This document shows, in pieces, positions 42,345 through 54,006 of a stretch of DNA of 64,000 nt. How positions within the stretch are numbered: the first letter of the stretch is position 1; the number at the start of each line of letters is the position of its first letter. Origin of the DNA: Heptranchias perlo (lineage: Eukaryota); NCBI RefSeq assembly GCF_035084215.1, contig NW_027139260.1, positions 1 through 64,000 of the forward strand, written 5' to 3'. The translations under genes and the position numbers were made by a program. Below the pieces are notes generated by a model. The model had not been told where the DNA came from. It did not search any database and saw only the letters and a list, made by a program, of their open reading frames with translations.

Positions 42345-42440
42345 GTCAGTCTAAATTATGGGCTAAAGTCTGTACAGTGGGGCGTGAACCCTTAACCTTC
42401 TGACTCAAGGGAAACAGTGTTACCAACTGAGCCAATCTGA
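42345..42440 (-). mobile_element. tRNA-derived SINE 5' head fragment
   Basis: The minus strand reads TGGCTCAGTTGGTAAC (A box)...GGGTTCACGCCCCAC (B box). Related to the SINE at 55275. Confidence 0.65.
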
Positions 42441-42700
42441 CATTTATCCATTTAAAAGTCCTGGGCTGGATTTTGCTGTGAGCGGTGATCGGACGGTGCC
42501 TGCCGTTTGTTAGACCTGTACTTTCCCATAGACCTTCTGTGAGCTTTTGCACGGCAGCTTCCTCTAAATTAAAGATCCAAAAAGCACGGCGCCCTCTACA
42601 GGGCATCTGGGACCTGTGTGAACAGGGCAAAATGGGACAGGCTCCACTTGAACCGGAATGGGACCAGAGTCTGAGCGGGAAGGATAAACAGGGCGGTGCG

Positions 42701-43012
42701 AAGGGAAATAGGTCCTTCCTATCCACTCTATCTAGGTCCCTCATAATTTTGTACACCCCAATTAAATCTCCCCTCAGCCTCCTCTGCTCCAAAGGGAACA
42801 ACCCCAGCCTATCCAATCTTTCCTCATAGCTAAAATTCTTTAGTCCTGGCAACATCCTCATAAATCTCCTCTGCACCCTCTCTAGTGCAATTACATCCTT
42901 CCTGTAATGTGGTGATCAGAACTGTACGCAGTACTCAAGCTGTGGCCTAACTAGTGTTTTATACAGTTCCAGCATAACCTCCCAGCTCTTACATTCTATG
43001 CCTCTGCTAAAG
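42701..43012 (-). mobile_element. CR1 internal/3' fragment
   Basis: Encodes RGIECKSWEVMLELYKTLVRPQLEYCVQF and QRRFMRMLPGL...RGDLIGVYKI. Confidence 0.88.
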
Positions 43013-43395
43013 GTGCCTGTACAGCAATGTACACAGCGTCCAAAATAAAACGGGGGAACTGGGGGCAATAATCTGTGGTGAGGAACCAGATGTAGTAGGA
43101 ATAAATGAAACCTGGCTACATAAAGGGCAGGACTGGCAACTAAATATTGCAAGTTATAACATTATCAGAAAGAATAGAGAAGGAAGAAGGGGATGGGGTG
43201 GAGTAGCTGTACTAATTAGAGATAATATAAGGGCAGTAGAAAAAAGGGACATAACTAACAGAAGGTTAGAAACAGAATCCATCTGGATTGAAATAAAAGA
43301 TAAGGGATCGATCACTCTAATAGGGTTTACTACAGACCACCTAATAGTGGAAAGGAGGTGGAGGAAGAAACCTGTAAGCAAATATGTGAAATGAA
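43013..43395 (+). mobile_element. Old CR1 endonuclease-domain fragment
   Basis: Degenerate CLYSNVHSVQNK...INETWL...GGVAVLIR...ESIWIEI...YRPP APE motifs, read by eye. Confidence 0.7.
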
Positions 43396-43861
43396 TAATG
43401 TAAGATAATAATGTAAAAGAATAAAAGTTAGCTTATAATAAAAAGTGCCCAGCGCAGAAAGGGGCAAATAGAAGGAGGGAATGTGAAAAAATAAGAACTG
43501 GCAGTTCTGCTGATGAGAGATCTTTACTGATCAGGGAACAGATGTCCTCGAGATGGTCAGTCTGTACAAAGCAATTGTCAGCAATGAATGTCCTGAATAA
43601 GGTAACTCTCAGATCAAAGAAGTCAAAACATGTCCCTGCTGAGCAATTGACTTTCTATTGTGTAGATGCAAATGGTGTCACTCCAGACCACATTTTTGCC
43701 CGGGAAAGGTATAGAATGAGACGAGAAGTTTGACCAGCTCTGTCTTATCAAACAAAGGAAACAGAGATAATCCCGTTGACTGTTGAATTACTTTGGGCGC
43801 CTTTGACCTTGATAAACAACAAAGACAGTCAGTCTGGGAAAGATTGGTCAAGTACAGGGAA

Positions 43862-44081
43862 TGATGTGGAGATGCCGGTGATGGACTGGGGTTGACAATT
43901 GTAAACAATTTTACAACACCAAGTTATAGTCCAGCAATTTTATTTTAAATTCACAAGCTTTCGGAGATTTTCTCCTTCCTCAGGCAAAACATTTGCCTGA
44001 GGAAGGAGAAAATCTCCGAAAGCTTGTGAATTTAAAATAAAATTGCTGGACTATAACTTGGTGTTGTAAAATTGTTTACAA
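43862..44081. mobile_element. Penelope-like element terminus forming a perfect 90-bp inverted repeat
   Basis: Arms 43899-43988 and 43992-44081 with an ACA loop. Flanking direct repeat CAAGTACAGGGAA at 43849-43861 and 44079-44091. Contains a CTGAGGA...GAAAGCTT hammerhead-like core. Confidence 0.8.
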
Positions 44082-44099
44082 GTACAGGGAAGTCACACT

Positions 44100-44564
44100 T
44101 AGAAACATAGAAAAATTACAGCACAGAAGGAGGCCATTCAGCCCATCGTATCCGTGCCAGTCGAAAAAGAGCTACCCAGCCTTATCCCACTTTCCAGCAC
44201 TTGGTCCGTAGCCCTGTAGGTTACGGCTCTTCAGGTGCACATCCAGGTACTTTTTAAATGAGTTGAGGGTTTCTGCCTCTCCCACCCTTTCAGGCAGTGA
44301 GTTCCAGACCCCCAGCAGCCTCTGGGTGAAAACATTTCTCCTCAGCTCCCCTCTAATCCTTCTACCAATTACTTTAAATCTATGGCCCCTGGTTATTGAC
44401 CTATCTGCTAAGGGAAATAGGTCCTTCCTGTCCACTCTATTTAGGCCCCTCATAATTTTATACACCTCAATTAAATCTCCCCTCAGCCTCCTCTGTTCCA
44501 AAGAAAACAACCCCAGCATATCCAATCTTTCCACATAGCTAAAATTCTCCAGTCCTGGCAACAT
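44100..44564 (-). mobile_element. CR1 3' fragment
   Basis: ORF 44172-44564 is a CR1 ORF2 C-terminus, followed by the tail. Confidence 0.9.
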
Positions 44565-44815
44565 TTACAGGGCTTTGGTGAGACCTCACCTGGAGTACTG
44601 TGTACAGTTTTGGTCTCCTTATCTAAGGAAGGATATACTTGCCTTAGAGAGGGTGCAGTGAAGGTTCACTAAATTAATTCCTGGGGTGAGAGGGTTGTCC
44701 TATGAGGAGAGATTGAGTAGAATGGGACTATACTCTCTGGAGTTTAGAAGAATGGGAGGTGATCTCATAGAAACATATAAGATTATGAGGGGGCTTGACA
44801 ACGTAGACGCTGAGG
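44565..44815 (+). mobile_element. CR1 fragment from a different subfamily, opposite orientation
   Basis: Encodes [18 protein letters not shown]...LSYEERL...GDLIETYKI. Confidence 0.85.
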
Positions 44816-45729
44816 GAGATTAGTCCGTATCTATGACGTCAGTGCAGGAACTTCACACTGTTCCATTCATTTGAATACAGAGCCAGACGGCGAGATGCCG
44901 TTTTCGTGAAGCTTATGGGGGAGCGGTGTATCTCGTACAGCAACTTCCGGATTTCAGTATTTAACTGCACATGTGCACTCACCGGAAGTACTGTCCGATT
45001 TGTACAGAAATAACGCTGAGCGCCGTTAGTCTCACCCTTATTATTACAGCAAAATCCAGCCCCTTGTGTTTAGTGTGTGTCTGTAGAATCATCTCTCACG
45101 CACCTGTCCAACCAAAAATCAGGAATGGCTCAAATAACCATGAGGTGTTAAGGTAATCATACTGATTGGATCAAATATACCAATGACTAAATGTGAACCA
45201 ATCAAAAATCACTTCCATTCACTAAACAAATAGTAAAATTACCAGCAGAAAACCAACCAAAGGTACTGGTAACAAATCAGCAGCTGACCAAGGGATGGGA
45301 ACTAGTTTCCATAAACTGAATTAAATACATGGGGAGGGGTTTAACCCACCTTTCCCGGGGGAACGGGCCCGGCGTGCCGTTACAATACACGGATTATTTA
45401 CTGTCCTGTTCCCACTCGATTCCTGACCATCGTCGTTTTAACCCCCGACTTTTTTAGGTGGCTGATCGACCCCAGAAGCAGGCTGGTGCTCCATCAACAC
45501 ATGCAAACCGGGGTCCTAGGATGACATGAGGACCCCAATGTGTTTTTGACACCGAATTGTGGAATTCCTACCCACGCTGAACCCACTCAGTAAACAGGAA
45601 CGGTTTCAGACGGCGACTGGATCTGCGTGCTATTGTACTGAGCGGATTTCCAAGGGATATTTGTGCTTGGAGATCGCCTGTTTCTAATTTTCTTTGCCTT
45701 ACTCACCATGAATAAGCACTCGCAGCTTA

Positions 45730-46822
45730 TCATGGGCACCATTCTTTCTTTATTGTTTTGGATGGAGAAAGATGGTCAGCAGAAGTGGAAATGGGCTGTT
45801 CGACCAGGAGGAGCAGCTGGCAGGGCTGTTAGAAGGCAGCAGGTGAGGGGAGCTTCTCGTAGAAGGCCTCACCCAGCACACAGGGTCTGTAGGCCAGGAG
45901 TGACCTTCCTGAACCTCTCTGAGGACCAGTGCACGAGGAGGCTTCACTTCTCCAGGCAGGCTGTCACAGACCTCTGCAGCCTCCTACTACAAGACGTGCT
46001 GCTTTCTGGGACAGGTGGCCATGCTTTGCCAGTGGGTGTCAAAGTCACCACTGCCCTTATATTTTTTGTCTCTGGTTCCTTCCGGGCTGCTGCAGGGGAC
46101 ATCTCCCAGTCTGCAATGCACAAGTGCATCAAGCAGGTCACCAATGCCTTATTTGTCAAGGCCAACCAATACGCCACCTGTCCTCTGGATGTCAACAGTC
46201 TAAACGAGAGAGCCCTGGGATTTGAAGCAGTGACCAGCTTCCCTCGTGTCCGGGGGTTCCAGACTGCACTCGTAACATTCAGGGCACCAGAAGACCAGCC
46301 AGCGGCTTTCCTCAATAGGAAGGGCTTTCACTCCATTAATGTCCAGCTGGTGTGTGATCACCACAGAGGCTCAGGCCAGTCTGTGCCAGTTTCACAGGTA
46401 GTTGTCACAAAGCCTTTATCCTGCGACAGTCAACCATCACCACACTATTCCACCCCTCCAGGAATGTCAGAGGATCGCTGCTTGGAGACCAGGTCCATAG
46501 ACACACCAGCTCAGGTACAACCAGGAACATTGCTGAGCACACTATTGGGCTATTGAAGCTAAGGGGCAGGTGCCTGGATAGGCCTGGGGGCTCCCTACAA
46601 TATGCCCAGAGAAAGACTCCTCCATCACTGTAGTGTGCTGCATGTTGCACAAGATGATAATACAGAGAGGACCACAGTTGGAGGAGGCAGAACAGCAGCA
46701 ACTGTCATTATCAGGTGAGGAAGATTTGGGTGAAAGTGAGGGAGAAGCAGAGAAGGAGGCCCAGCACAAAGTATCGCAGCCAGAGGGGCCGGGGGTCAGT
46801 TAATAGCACAGCTCTTCCAGTG
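45730..46822 (+). pseudogene. Harbinger (HARBI1-family) DDE transposase remnant
   Basis: ALPVGVKVTTALIFFVSGSF, ISQSAMHKCIKQVTNAL and FLNRKGFHSINVQLVCDH, then a frameshifted C-terminus with VVCCMLH and an acidic tail. Confidence 0.88.
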
Positions 46823-47099
46823 ACCTGCACACTCCCCTTCCCTGTACAGCTACACAAAGCCCCTCTGCATTAAAAATCCTTGTTACCTCCTTCACCACTC
46901 CCTTAATCCTGCATTAAAGAACATTGAAACCATTCAGAGAACTTTTATCTGAATAACACACTGACGATGCAGACTCAGAGCTACTGTGAAAAGGTAATAC
47001 AGACCAAAGTGCCAAATGTGAGAAAGGTCATTCATTTAATGCCCAAAACTATAATCACCTTGAATTTATTGCTCTCCCTGGTATCAAACCATACTGCCT

Positions 47100-48906
47100 T
47101 TCTCACAGAAGGTTTTCTAACCTGACTACTCCGACGAGGTGCTCCCCTTGTGGCCTGAGCAGTGCTGGTGGAAGGGGCTGTTGCTCATGTGGGGACCCTG
47201 GAGATGCTCATGGCCGGTGCCCTCTGGTTTCTCGAGCCTGAGAGGGCCCGGCTGCAGATTGTAGCACTGCAGCTCCTGCCGGAGCAGTCAGGCCCAACTG
47301 GCTTCCAGGCACCATGATGGGGTGGCAAGGGGGCAGACATGCTGACATCCTGAGAGAGGGCAACATGTGCCACTCTCATTATACCACTGCCACTCCCATG
47401 GGGTTTGAGTTCATCACTCCCTGATCTGTGGGAGAACAGACTGCAGGGATTGAGTGTCTCCTTGAAAGCCCCGATCCATGTGGTCCATCAATCTCTCCAA
47501 GGTGGAGCACAGAGTCTGGATGGCAGCTGTTTGAGCTTCCATCAAAGCTGTAAAGGCTGCAAGAGACCCTCCTGTTGTAAGCTGCAGCATCCCTGGATGT
47601 GGCCACATGCTCCAAGGTAGACTGCAGAGTGCTGATGCTGCGCGACAGGACGACACACAAGCTGGGAGTAAACTCCTTCATACTTTCAGCCAAGGTGCAT
47701 AAACTCCCTGGCAGGCCTTTCAATACCTCTTATGATTGACTGTCTTACTCAAGCAGTTTTCTTTTCAAGGCTGGGCCCCTGAAGACAGCATCTCTATCCT
47801 GCACAGCAGAGCTGGGAGACAATCTCAGCCTCCAGCAGGCTGTCCCTGTCACCACTGCCTGCTGCTGCTCACTTGTGCTGGGTGCTTCACCAAGTGCAGA
47901 CCCCTCTAACTAACCCACCTGGGGTCCCAATCTCTGTGCTGATGATTGGGAGGAATGGAGTTCATGATAAAGAATCCTCAGGAGGATTGTCCTCCTCAGG
48001 AGGTGTCTGCGTGAGGTTCTTGCTGCTGAAAAGGAGCCAGTGGAGAAAGAAAAGGGACAAGAGTTAGCCTGACACTGACAGGCTGCACAGTAGCAAATGA
48101 GACTTCACAATGCAGCTTGAAGTTGTTAAACAGGCTGAATGTGTGATTTTTTTGAGGTACATGAAGGGGCACAAGTAACAGGTAGACATCCTGCTCAGAT
48201 AAGCCACCAGCCTCGCCATCTCCAATGTGCATCACTTCTGAAGCTTCCGACTCCATCTGGGTGAGAGCCATGATGCTGGTGGTCGTCCCCCGGTCTTACT
48301 GCTCTCGTTTTATTTATGCGCCATTTTCTCCTGCAGAAAGAGAGGGTGAGAATTAGTGAGTGGCTACTGAAAAGGCAAGTGGACATGTATGGGGCCTCTG
48401 TATATAGTGCATATGCTGAGGGGGAGCAGAGCAAGATGTAAGTAGGATGGGGAGGTGTTGGATGGTAAACAAGTGGCTGGAGTGTGGAGGAAGGAGTCAT
48501 GAGAGGAGTTCCTGGTTCTACAATTGCTACCCTGTGAGACCAGAATGCTGTTGCTGGCTGCTGGAAAGATAACAAGAGGTGAGTGTGTGCTTGGACTGAA
48601 TTAGAGGCGATGTACCGAGCCCTTGTGATTGGTGATGAAGAACGTAATGTTGGGGCGTGAGGTGTATTGAAAGAGATGGAGAAATGGAGAGCTGTACTTA
48701 CCCTTGCTGCTCCTGAATTGGATCCAGGTCCTGGGGCAGTGCTCCTGGAGTTGACCATCTCGGCCACCTCTCTCTCGGCCTGGTCAATGTATGTCTGGGA
48801 ATCTTCATCCCACTTGTGGAAACAGAATGTCGTTCCTTTCCCTCACCTCTTCCACTAAGACCTCCAGGGAGGCTTCAGAGAACCCGGGGGCAGCCGTGTG
48901 ACTCAT
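47100..48906 (-). pseudogene. Harbinger Myb/SANT-like DNA-binding gene remnant (spliced)
   Basis: ATG at 48906 gives MSHTAAPGFSEASLEVLVEEVRERNDILFP, then EVAEMVNSRSTAP. Donor AGG|gtaagt at 48702/48701 and acceptor ctgcag|GAG at 48331/48330 give EKMAHK*NESSKTGGRPP. Stops and frameshifts are present. The distal boundary is approximate. Confidence 0.78.
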
Positions 48907-49179
48907 TTCTAACGCCCACAAACAAATCTGCCAGGAGTGACAGCGACCTCCCCTTTAAGAGGTCCATTCCATTCACACTTTGAATTGGCCCCTGGATGCC
49001 CAACAGATATTGTGCCCAGAAAGTGGGCGGGCTGCCCGTTCCCAGAGTGATCAGGTGGGCAGCCATCAAACCGATACCACCGGGTGGGCCTGATGCTCAT
49101 CCCACCCCCGCTCCCAGTGAAATCCCCCCACACTATCGACATTAAAATATCCTCCCACACCCAAACTTCACTGGTGTTA

Positions 49180-50296
49180 CATCGCTGGGGCAGTGAGGGC
49201 GGAACAAGGACAATATCCATCACTGGGGCAGTGAGAGCGGAACAAGGACAATATCCATCACTGGGGCAGTGAGGGCAGAACAAGGACAATATCCATCACT
49301 GGGGCAGTGAGGGCAGAACAAGGACAATATCCATCACTGGGGCAGTGAGGGCGGAACATGGACAATATCCATCACTGGGGCAGTGAGGGTGGAACAAGGA
49401 CAGTATCCATCACTGGGGCAGTGAGGGTGGAACAAGGACAATATCCATCGCTGGGGCGGTGAGGGCGGAACAAGGACAATATCCATCGCTGGGGCAGTGA
49501 GGGCGGAACAAGGACAATATCCATCGCTGGGGCGGTAAGGGCGGAACAAAGACAATATCCATCGCTGGGGCAGTGAGGGCGGAACAAGGACAATATCCAT
49601 CGCTGGGGCGGTAAGGGCGGAACAAGGACAATATCCATCGCTGGGGCAGTGAGGGCGGAACAAGGACAATATCCATCGCTGGGGCAGTGAGGGTGGAACA
49701 AGGACAATATCCATCACTGGGGCAGTGAGGGCGGAACAAGGACAATATCCATCGCTGGGGCAGTGAGGGTGGAACAAGGACAATATCCATCACTGGGGCA
49801 GTGAGGGTGGAACAAGGACAATATCCATCGGTGGGGCAGTGAGGGCGGAACAAGGACAATATCCATCGCTGGGGCAGTGAGGGCGGAACAAGGACAATAT
49901 CCATCACTGGGGCAGTGAGGGCGGAACAAGGACAATATCCATCGCTGGGGCAGTGAGGGTGGAACAAGGACAATATCCATCACTGGGGCAGTGAGGGCGG
50001 AACAAGGACAATATCCATCACTGGGGCAGTGAGGGTGGAACAAGGACAATATCCATCACTGGGGCAGTGAGGGCGGAACAAGGACAATATCCATCACTGG
50101 GGCAGTGAGGGTGGAACAAGGACAATATCCATCGGTGGGGCAGTGAGGGCGGAACAAGGACAATATCCATCACTGGGGCAGTGAGGGCGGAACAAGGACA
50201 ATATCCATCGCTGGGGCAGTGAGGGTGGAACAAGGACAATATCCATCACTGGGGCAGTGAGGGTGGAACAAGGACAATATCCATCGCTGGGGCGGT
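49180..50296. repeat. 38-bp minisatellite, about 29 copies
   Basis: Unit CACTGGGGCAGTGAGGG(C/T)GGAACAAGGACAATATCCAT. Confidence 0.97.
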
Positions 50297-50341
50297 GGGC
50301 CAGGTACCGGAAACCAGAGCAGCTGACCCGCCCCAGGCCGG

Positions 50342-50480
50342 GTTACCCCGAGTACCCGATCCCGCCCCGCCCCAGGGCCCAGTTACCCCGAGTACCCGAT
50401 CCCGCCTCGCTCCAGGGCCCAGTTACCCCGAGTACCCGATCCCGCCTCGCTCCAGGGCCCAGTTACCCCGAGTACCCGAT
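50342..50480. repeat. 40-bp GC-rich minisatellite, about 3.5 copies
   Basis: Unit CCCAGTTACCCCGAGTACCCGATCCCGCCTCGCTCCAGGG. Confidence 0.9.
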
Positions 50481-50537
50481 TCTTCCCCCACTCCCACTCC
50501 AGGCCCAGGCTCGGGGAGCGGGCCTACACTCTCTTAC

Positions 50538-50786
50538 CTTTAGATTCCGGGGGCCCGCCCGACAGGTTTTTCCAAACATTTAAATTCTGTTTCATGATGG
50601 CGATGTTGGCAGAGATCCCTGCCTCTCCACCCTGCATCGTGTGGCCCTGGAACTCGGGGAGCCGCGGCACCTCCTTCTTCAGATTGAAATCCATGTAGAA
50701 AACCTCATCACCGTTCACCTCCACGTCGAACTGCTTGTCCGGGCTCCGATCCTGCACCACGTAGATCAGGAGGTCTCGGTGCAGGT
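50538..50786 (-). CDS. DAA: MHC class II alpha chain, alpha1 peptide-binding exon, 249 bp
   Basis: (CT)n-cag|AC...AAA G|gtaag, phase 1 at both ends. Translates xLHRDLLIYVVQDRSPDKQFDVEVNGDEVFYMDFNLKKEVPRLPEFQGHTMQGGEAGISANIAIMKQNLNVWKNLSGGPPESK, with the alpha1 hallmarks GDE-FY-DF, RLPEF and NIAI-K-NL, plus an NLS sequon. From memory it closely resembles shark class II A. Confidence 0.96.
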
Positions 50787-50842
50787 CTGAGAGAGAGAGA
50801 GAGAGGATCAAACTCACTGCACCTCACGGGGAGAATTCATAT

Positions 50843-50981
50843 TAATAAACAGAGAATAAACCAGATATTAAACAGAATAAACCAGATATTGAACAGAGAA
50901 TAAACCAGATATTAAACAGGGAATAAACCAGATATTGAACAGGGAATAAACCAGATATTGAACAGGGAATAAACCAGATAT
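50843..50981. repeat. 23-bp minisatellite, left part
   Basis: Unit TAAACCAGATATT(A/G)AACAG(A/G)GAA. Confidence 0.92.
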
Positions 50982-51066
50982 AGAGTCATAGAGTCATAGA
51001 GTTATACAGCACGGATAGAGGCCCTTCGGCCCATCGTGTCCGCGCCGGCCATCAGCCCTGTCTACT

Positions 51067-54006
51067 CTAATCCCATATTCCAGCATTTGGTCCGTAGCCT
51101 TGTATGCTATGGCATTTCAAGTGCTCATCCAAATGCTTCTTGAATGTTGTGAGGGTTCCTGCCTCCACAACCCTTTCAGACAGTGAGTTCCAGACTCCAA
51201 CCACCCTCTGGGTGAAAATGTTCTTTCTCAAATCCCCTCTAAACCTCCTGCCTTTTACCTTGAATCTATGTCCCCTTGTTATAGAACCCTCAACGAAGGG
51301 AAAAAGCTCCTTAGTATCCATCCTATCTGTGCCCCTCATAATTTTGTACACCTCAATCATGTCCCCCCTCAGCCTCCTCTGCTCCAAGGAAAACAAACCC
51401 AATCTTCCCAGTCTCTCTTCATAGCTGAAGCGCTCCAGCCCTGGTAACATCCTGGTGAATCTCCTCTGCACCCTCTCCAAAGCGATCACATCCTTCCTGT
51501 AGTGTGGCGACCAGAACTGCACACAGTACTCCAGCTGTGGCCTAACCAGTGTTTTATACAGCTCCATCATAACCTCCTTGCTCTTATATTCTATGCCTCG
51601 GCTAATAAAGGCAAGTATCGCATATGCCTTCTTTACCACCTTATCTACCTGTTCCGCCGCCTTCAGGGATCTGTGAACTTGCACACCAAGATCCCTCTGA
51701 CCCTCTGTCTTGCCTAGGGTCCTCCCATTCATTGTGTATTCCCTTGCCTTGTTAGTCCCTCCAAAGTGCATCACCTCGCACTTTTCCGGCTTAATTTCCA
51801 TTTGCCACTGTTCCGCCCATCTGACCAACCCATCTATATCGTCCTGCAGACTGAGGCTATCCTCCTCGCTATTTACCACCCTACCAATTTTTGTATCATC
51901 AGCGAACTTACTGATCATACCTTTTACATTCATATCCAAGTCATTAATGTAGACCACAAACAGCAAGGGACCCAGCACCGATCCCTGTGGTACCCCACTG
52001 GCCACAGGCTTCCAGTCACAAAAACAACCTTCGACCATCACCCTCTGCCTTCTGCCACTAAGCCAGTTTTGTATCCAAAGTGCCAAGGCACCTTGGATTC
52101 CATGGGCTCGTACCTTCTTGACCAGTCTCCTGTGGGGGACTTTATCGAAGGCCTTACTGAAATCCATGTATACCACATCCACTGCGTTACCCTCATCCAC
52201 ACGCCGAGTCACCCCCTCAAAAAATTCAATCAAATTAGTCAGACATGATCTTCCCTTGACAAAGCCATGTTGACTATCCCTGATTAATCCTTGCTTCTCC
52301 AAGTGGAGACTAATTTTGTCCTTCAGAATTTTTTCCAATAATTTTCCTACCACTGATGTTAGGCTCACTGGCCTGTAGTTCCCCGGTTTTTCCCTACTCC
52401 CCTTCTTAAATAATGGTACTACATTAGCGGTTCTCCAGTCCTCTGGCACATCCCCTGTGGCCAGAGAGGTTCTGAATATATGTGTCAGAGCCCCCGCAAT
52501 CTCCTCCTTTGCCTCACACAGTAGCCTGGGATACATTTCGTCCGGGCCTGGGGATTTATCCATTTTTAGGCCTGCTAAAACCGCCAATACCTCCTCCCGC
52601 TCGATGTTAATATGTTCGAGTATATCACAGTCCCCCTGCCGTATTTCTATGTCTACATCGTCCTTCTCCATAGTGAAAACAGATGCAAAAAAATCATTTA
52701 GAACCCCTCCTACATCTGCCGGCTCCACACACAGATTGCCATTTTTGTCCCTAATGGGCCCTATTTTTTCCCTAGTCATCCTCTTACCCTTAATATACTT
52801 ATAAAACATCTTAGGATTTTCCTTTATTTTGCTCACCAGTGTTATTTCATGGCCCCTCCTTGATCTAATTTCTTTTTTAAGTATCCCCCTGCACTTTTTG
52901 TACTCCTCTAGGGCTTCCTCCGTCTTTAGCCTTTTGTATCTGCCAAAAGCCCTCCTTTTTTTCCTAATCCATTCTTGTATATCCCCTGACATCCAAGGTT
53001 CCCTGGAGTTCTTGGAACCACCCTTGACCTTTACGGGAACATGTTGCCATTGTATAGTCTCAATCTCCCTTCTGAAAGACTCCCATTGCTCCGATGCGGA
53101 TTTTCCTACAAGCTGCTGATCCCAGTCCATTTTGGCCAGATCCTGCCTTATCCTATTAAAATCGGCCTTCCCCCAATTTAGAACCTTTATTTCCGGCCCC
53201 TCCCTGTCCTTTTCCATGACCACCTTAAATCTCACCGAATTATGGTCACTGTCACCAAAGTGCTCACCTACTAGCACTTCTTCCACTTGGCCGGCCACAT
53301 TCCCTAGAATTAGGTCCAGTACCGCCCCCTCTCTTGTAGGACTTTCTACATGCTGGCTCAAAAAGCTCTCCTGGATGCACGTTAAGAATTTTGTACCCTC
53401 TAAGCCTTTTACACTCTGAGTATCCCAGTTAATATTGGGGAAGTTGAAATCCCCCACTATTATTACCCTATTATTTGCACAATTTTCTGAGATTTGCCTA
53501 CATATCTGTTCCTCTATCTCCCCCTGACTGTTTGGGGGCCTATAGTACACTCCCATCAAAGTGCTTGCCCCCTTTTTGTTTTTAAGCTCCACCCATATGG
53601 CCTCATTAGAGGAACCTGCTAATATATCATCCCTCCTTATGGCAGTAATTGATTCTTTAATTAATATTGCGACCCCCCCTCCTCTTATACCTCCCCCTCT
53701 GTCTCGCCTGAAGATTCTGTACCCCGGAATATTGAGCTGCCAGTCTTGCCCCTCCCTCAATCATGTCTCTGTGACAGCAACCATATCATACTCCCATGTG
53801 TTTATCAACACCTTCAGTTCATCCACCTTATTCGCAAGACTCCTTGCATTAAAATAGATGCCATCCAGCCTTGCCCTCACATATTTGCCCTGTCTTCCAA
53901 GCTGACTTGTTTTTTTCTCTATATTTGGCTGCACATCACCCCCTATTGTAGCTCCACTCTGTATCCCATCCCCCTGCCAAGTTAGTTTAAACCCCCCCCA
54001 ACAGTG
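51067..54006 (-). pseudogene. CR1 ORF2 (APE endonuclease plus reverse transcriptase) with a single nonsense codon
   Basis: The frame is open from 54006 through YFNARSLANK...AVTET. A TGA at 53763-53761 replaces the conserved Trp of TETW. The frame then stays open for 897 codons (YRPPN, GDFN, SDH, FADD). Confidence 0.93.

Larger units (their letters stand above)
42463..45062. mobile_element. Non-autonomous DNA transposon ends (17-bp inverted repeats) enclosing nested retroelements
   Basis: GGGCTGGATTTTGCTGT at 42463-42479 and its exact reverse complement at 45046-45062. No clean TSD. Confidence 0.55.
45331..49155. mobile_element. Decayed autonomous-type Harbinger/PIF transposon with convergent transposase and Myb/SANT-like genes
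   Basis: Transposase remnant on +, Myb-like remnant on -. Imperfect termini GGGAGGGGTTTAA and TTAAAATATCCTCCC. Confidence 0.82.

Noticed and set aside
44100-44815. Twin-priming inversion of a single CR1
   Set aside because: The two opposed fragments overlap in ORF2 position and differ in sequence, so they are independent subfamily copies.
45140-45210. CTGATTGG Y-box with nearby CCAAT motifs in intron 2
   Set aside because: There is no convincing X box at the required spacing, and short motifs like these are expected by chance.
48909-50239. Cys/His-rich repetitive ORFs (HCPSDGYCPC) that resemble metal-binding repeats
   Set aside because: The 38-bp unit cycles through all frames and is broken by stops. 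It is an intronic minisatellite.
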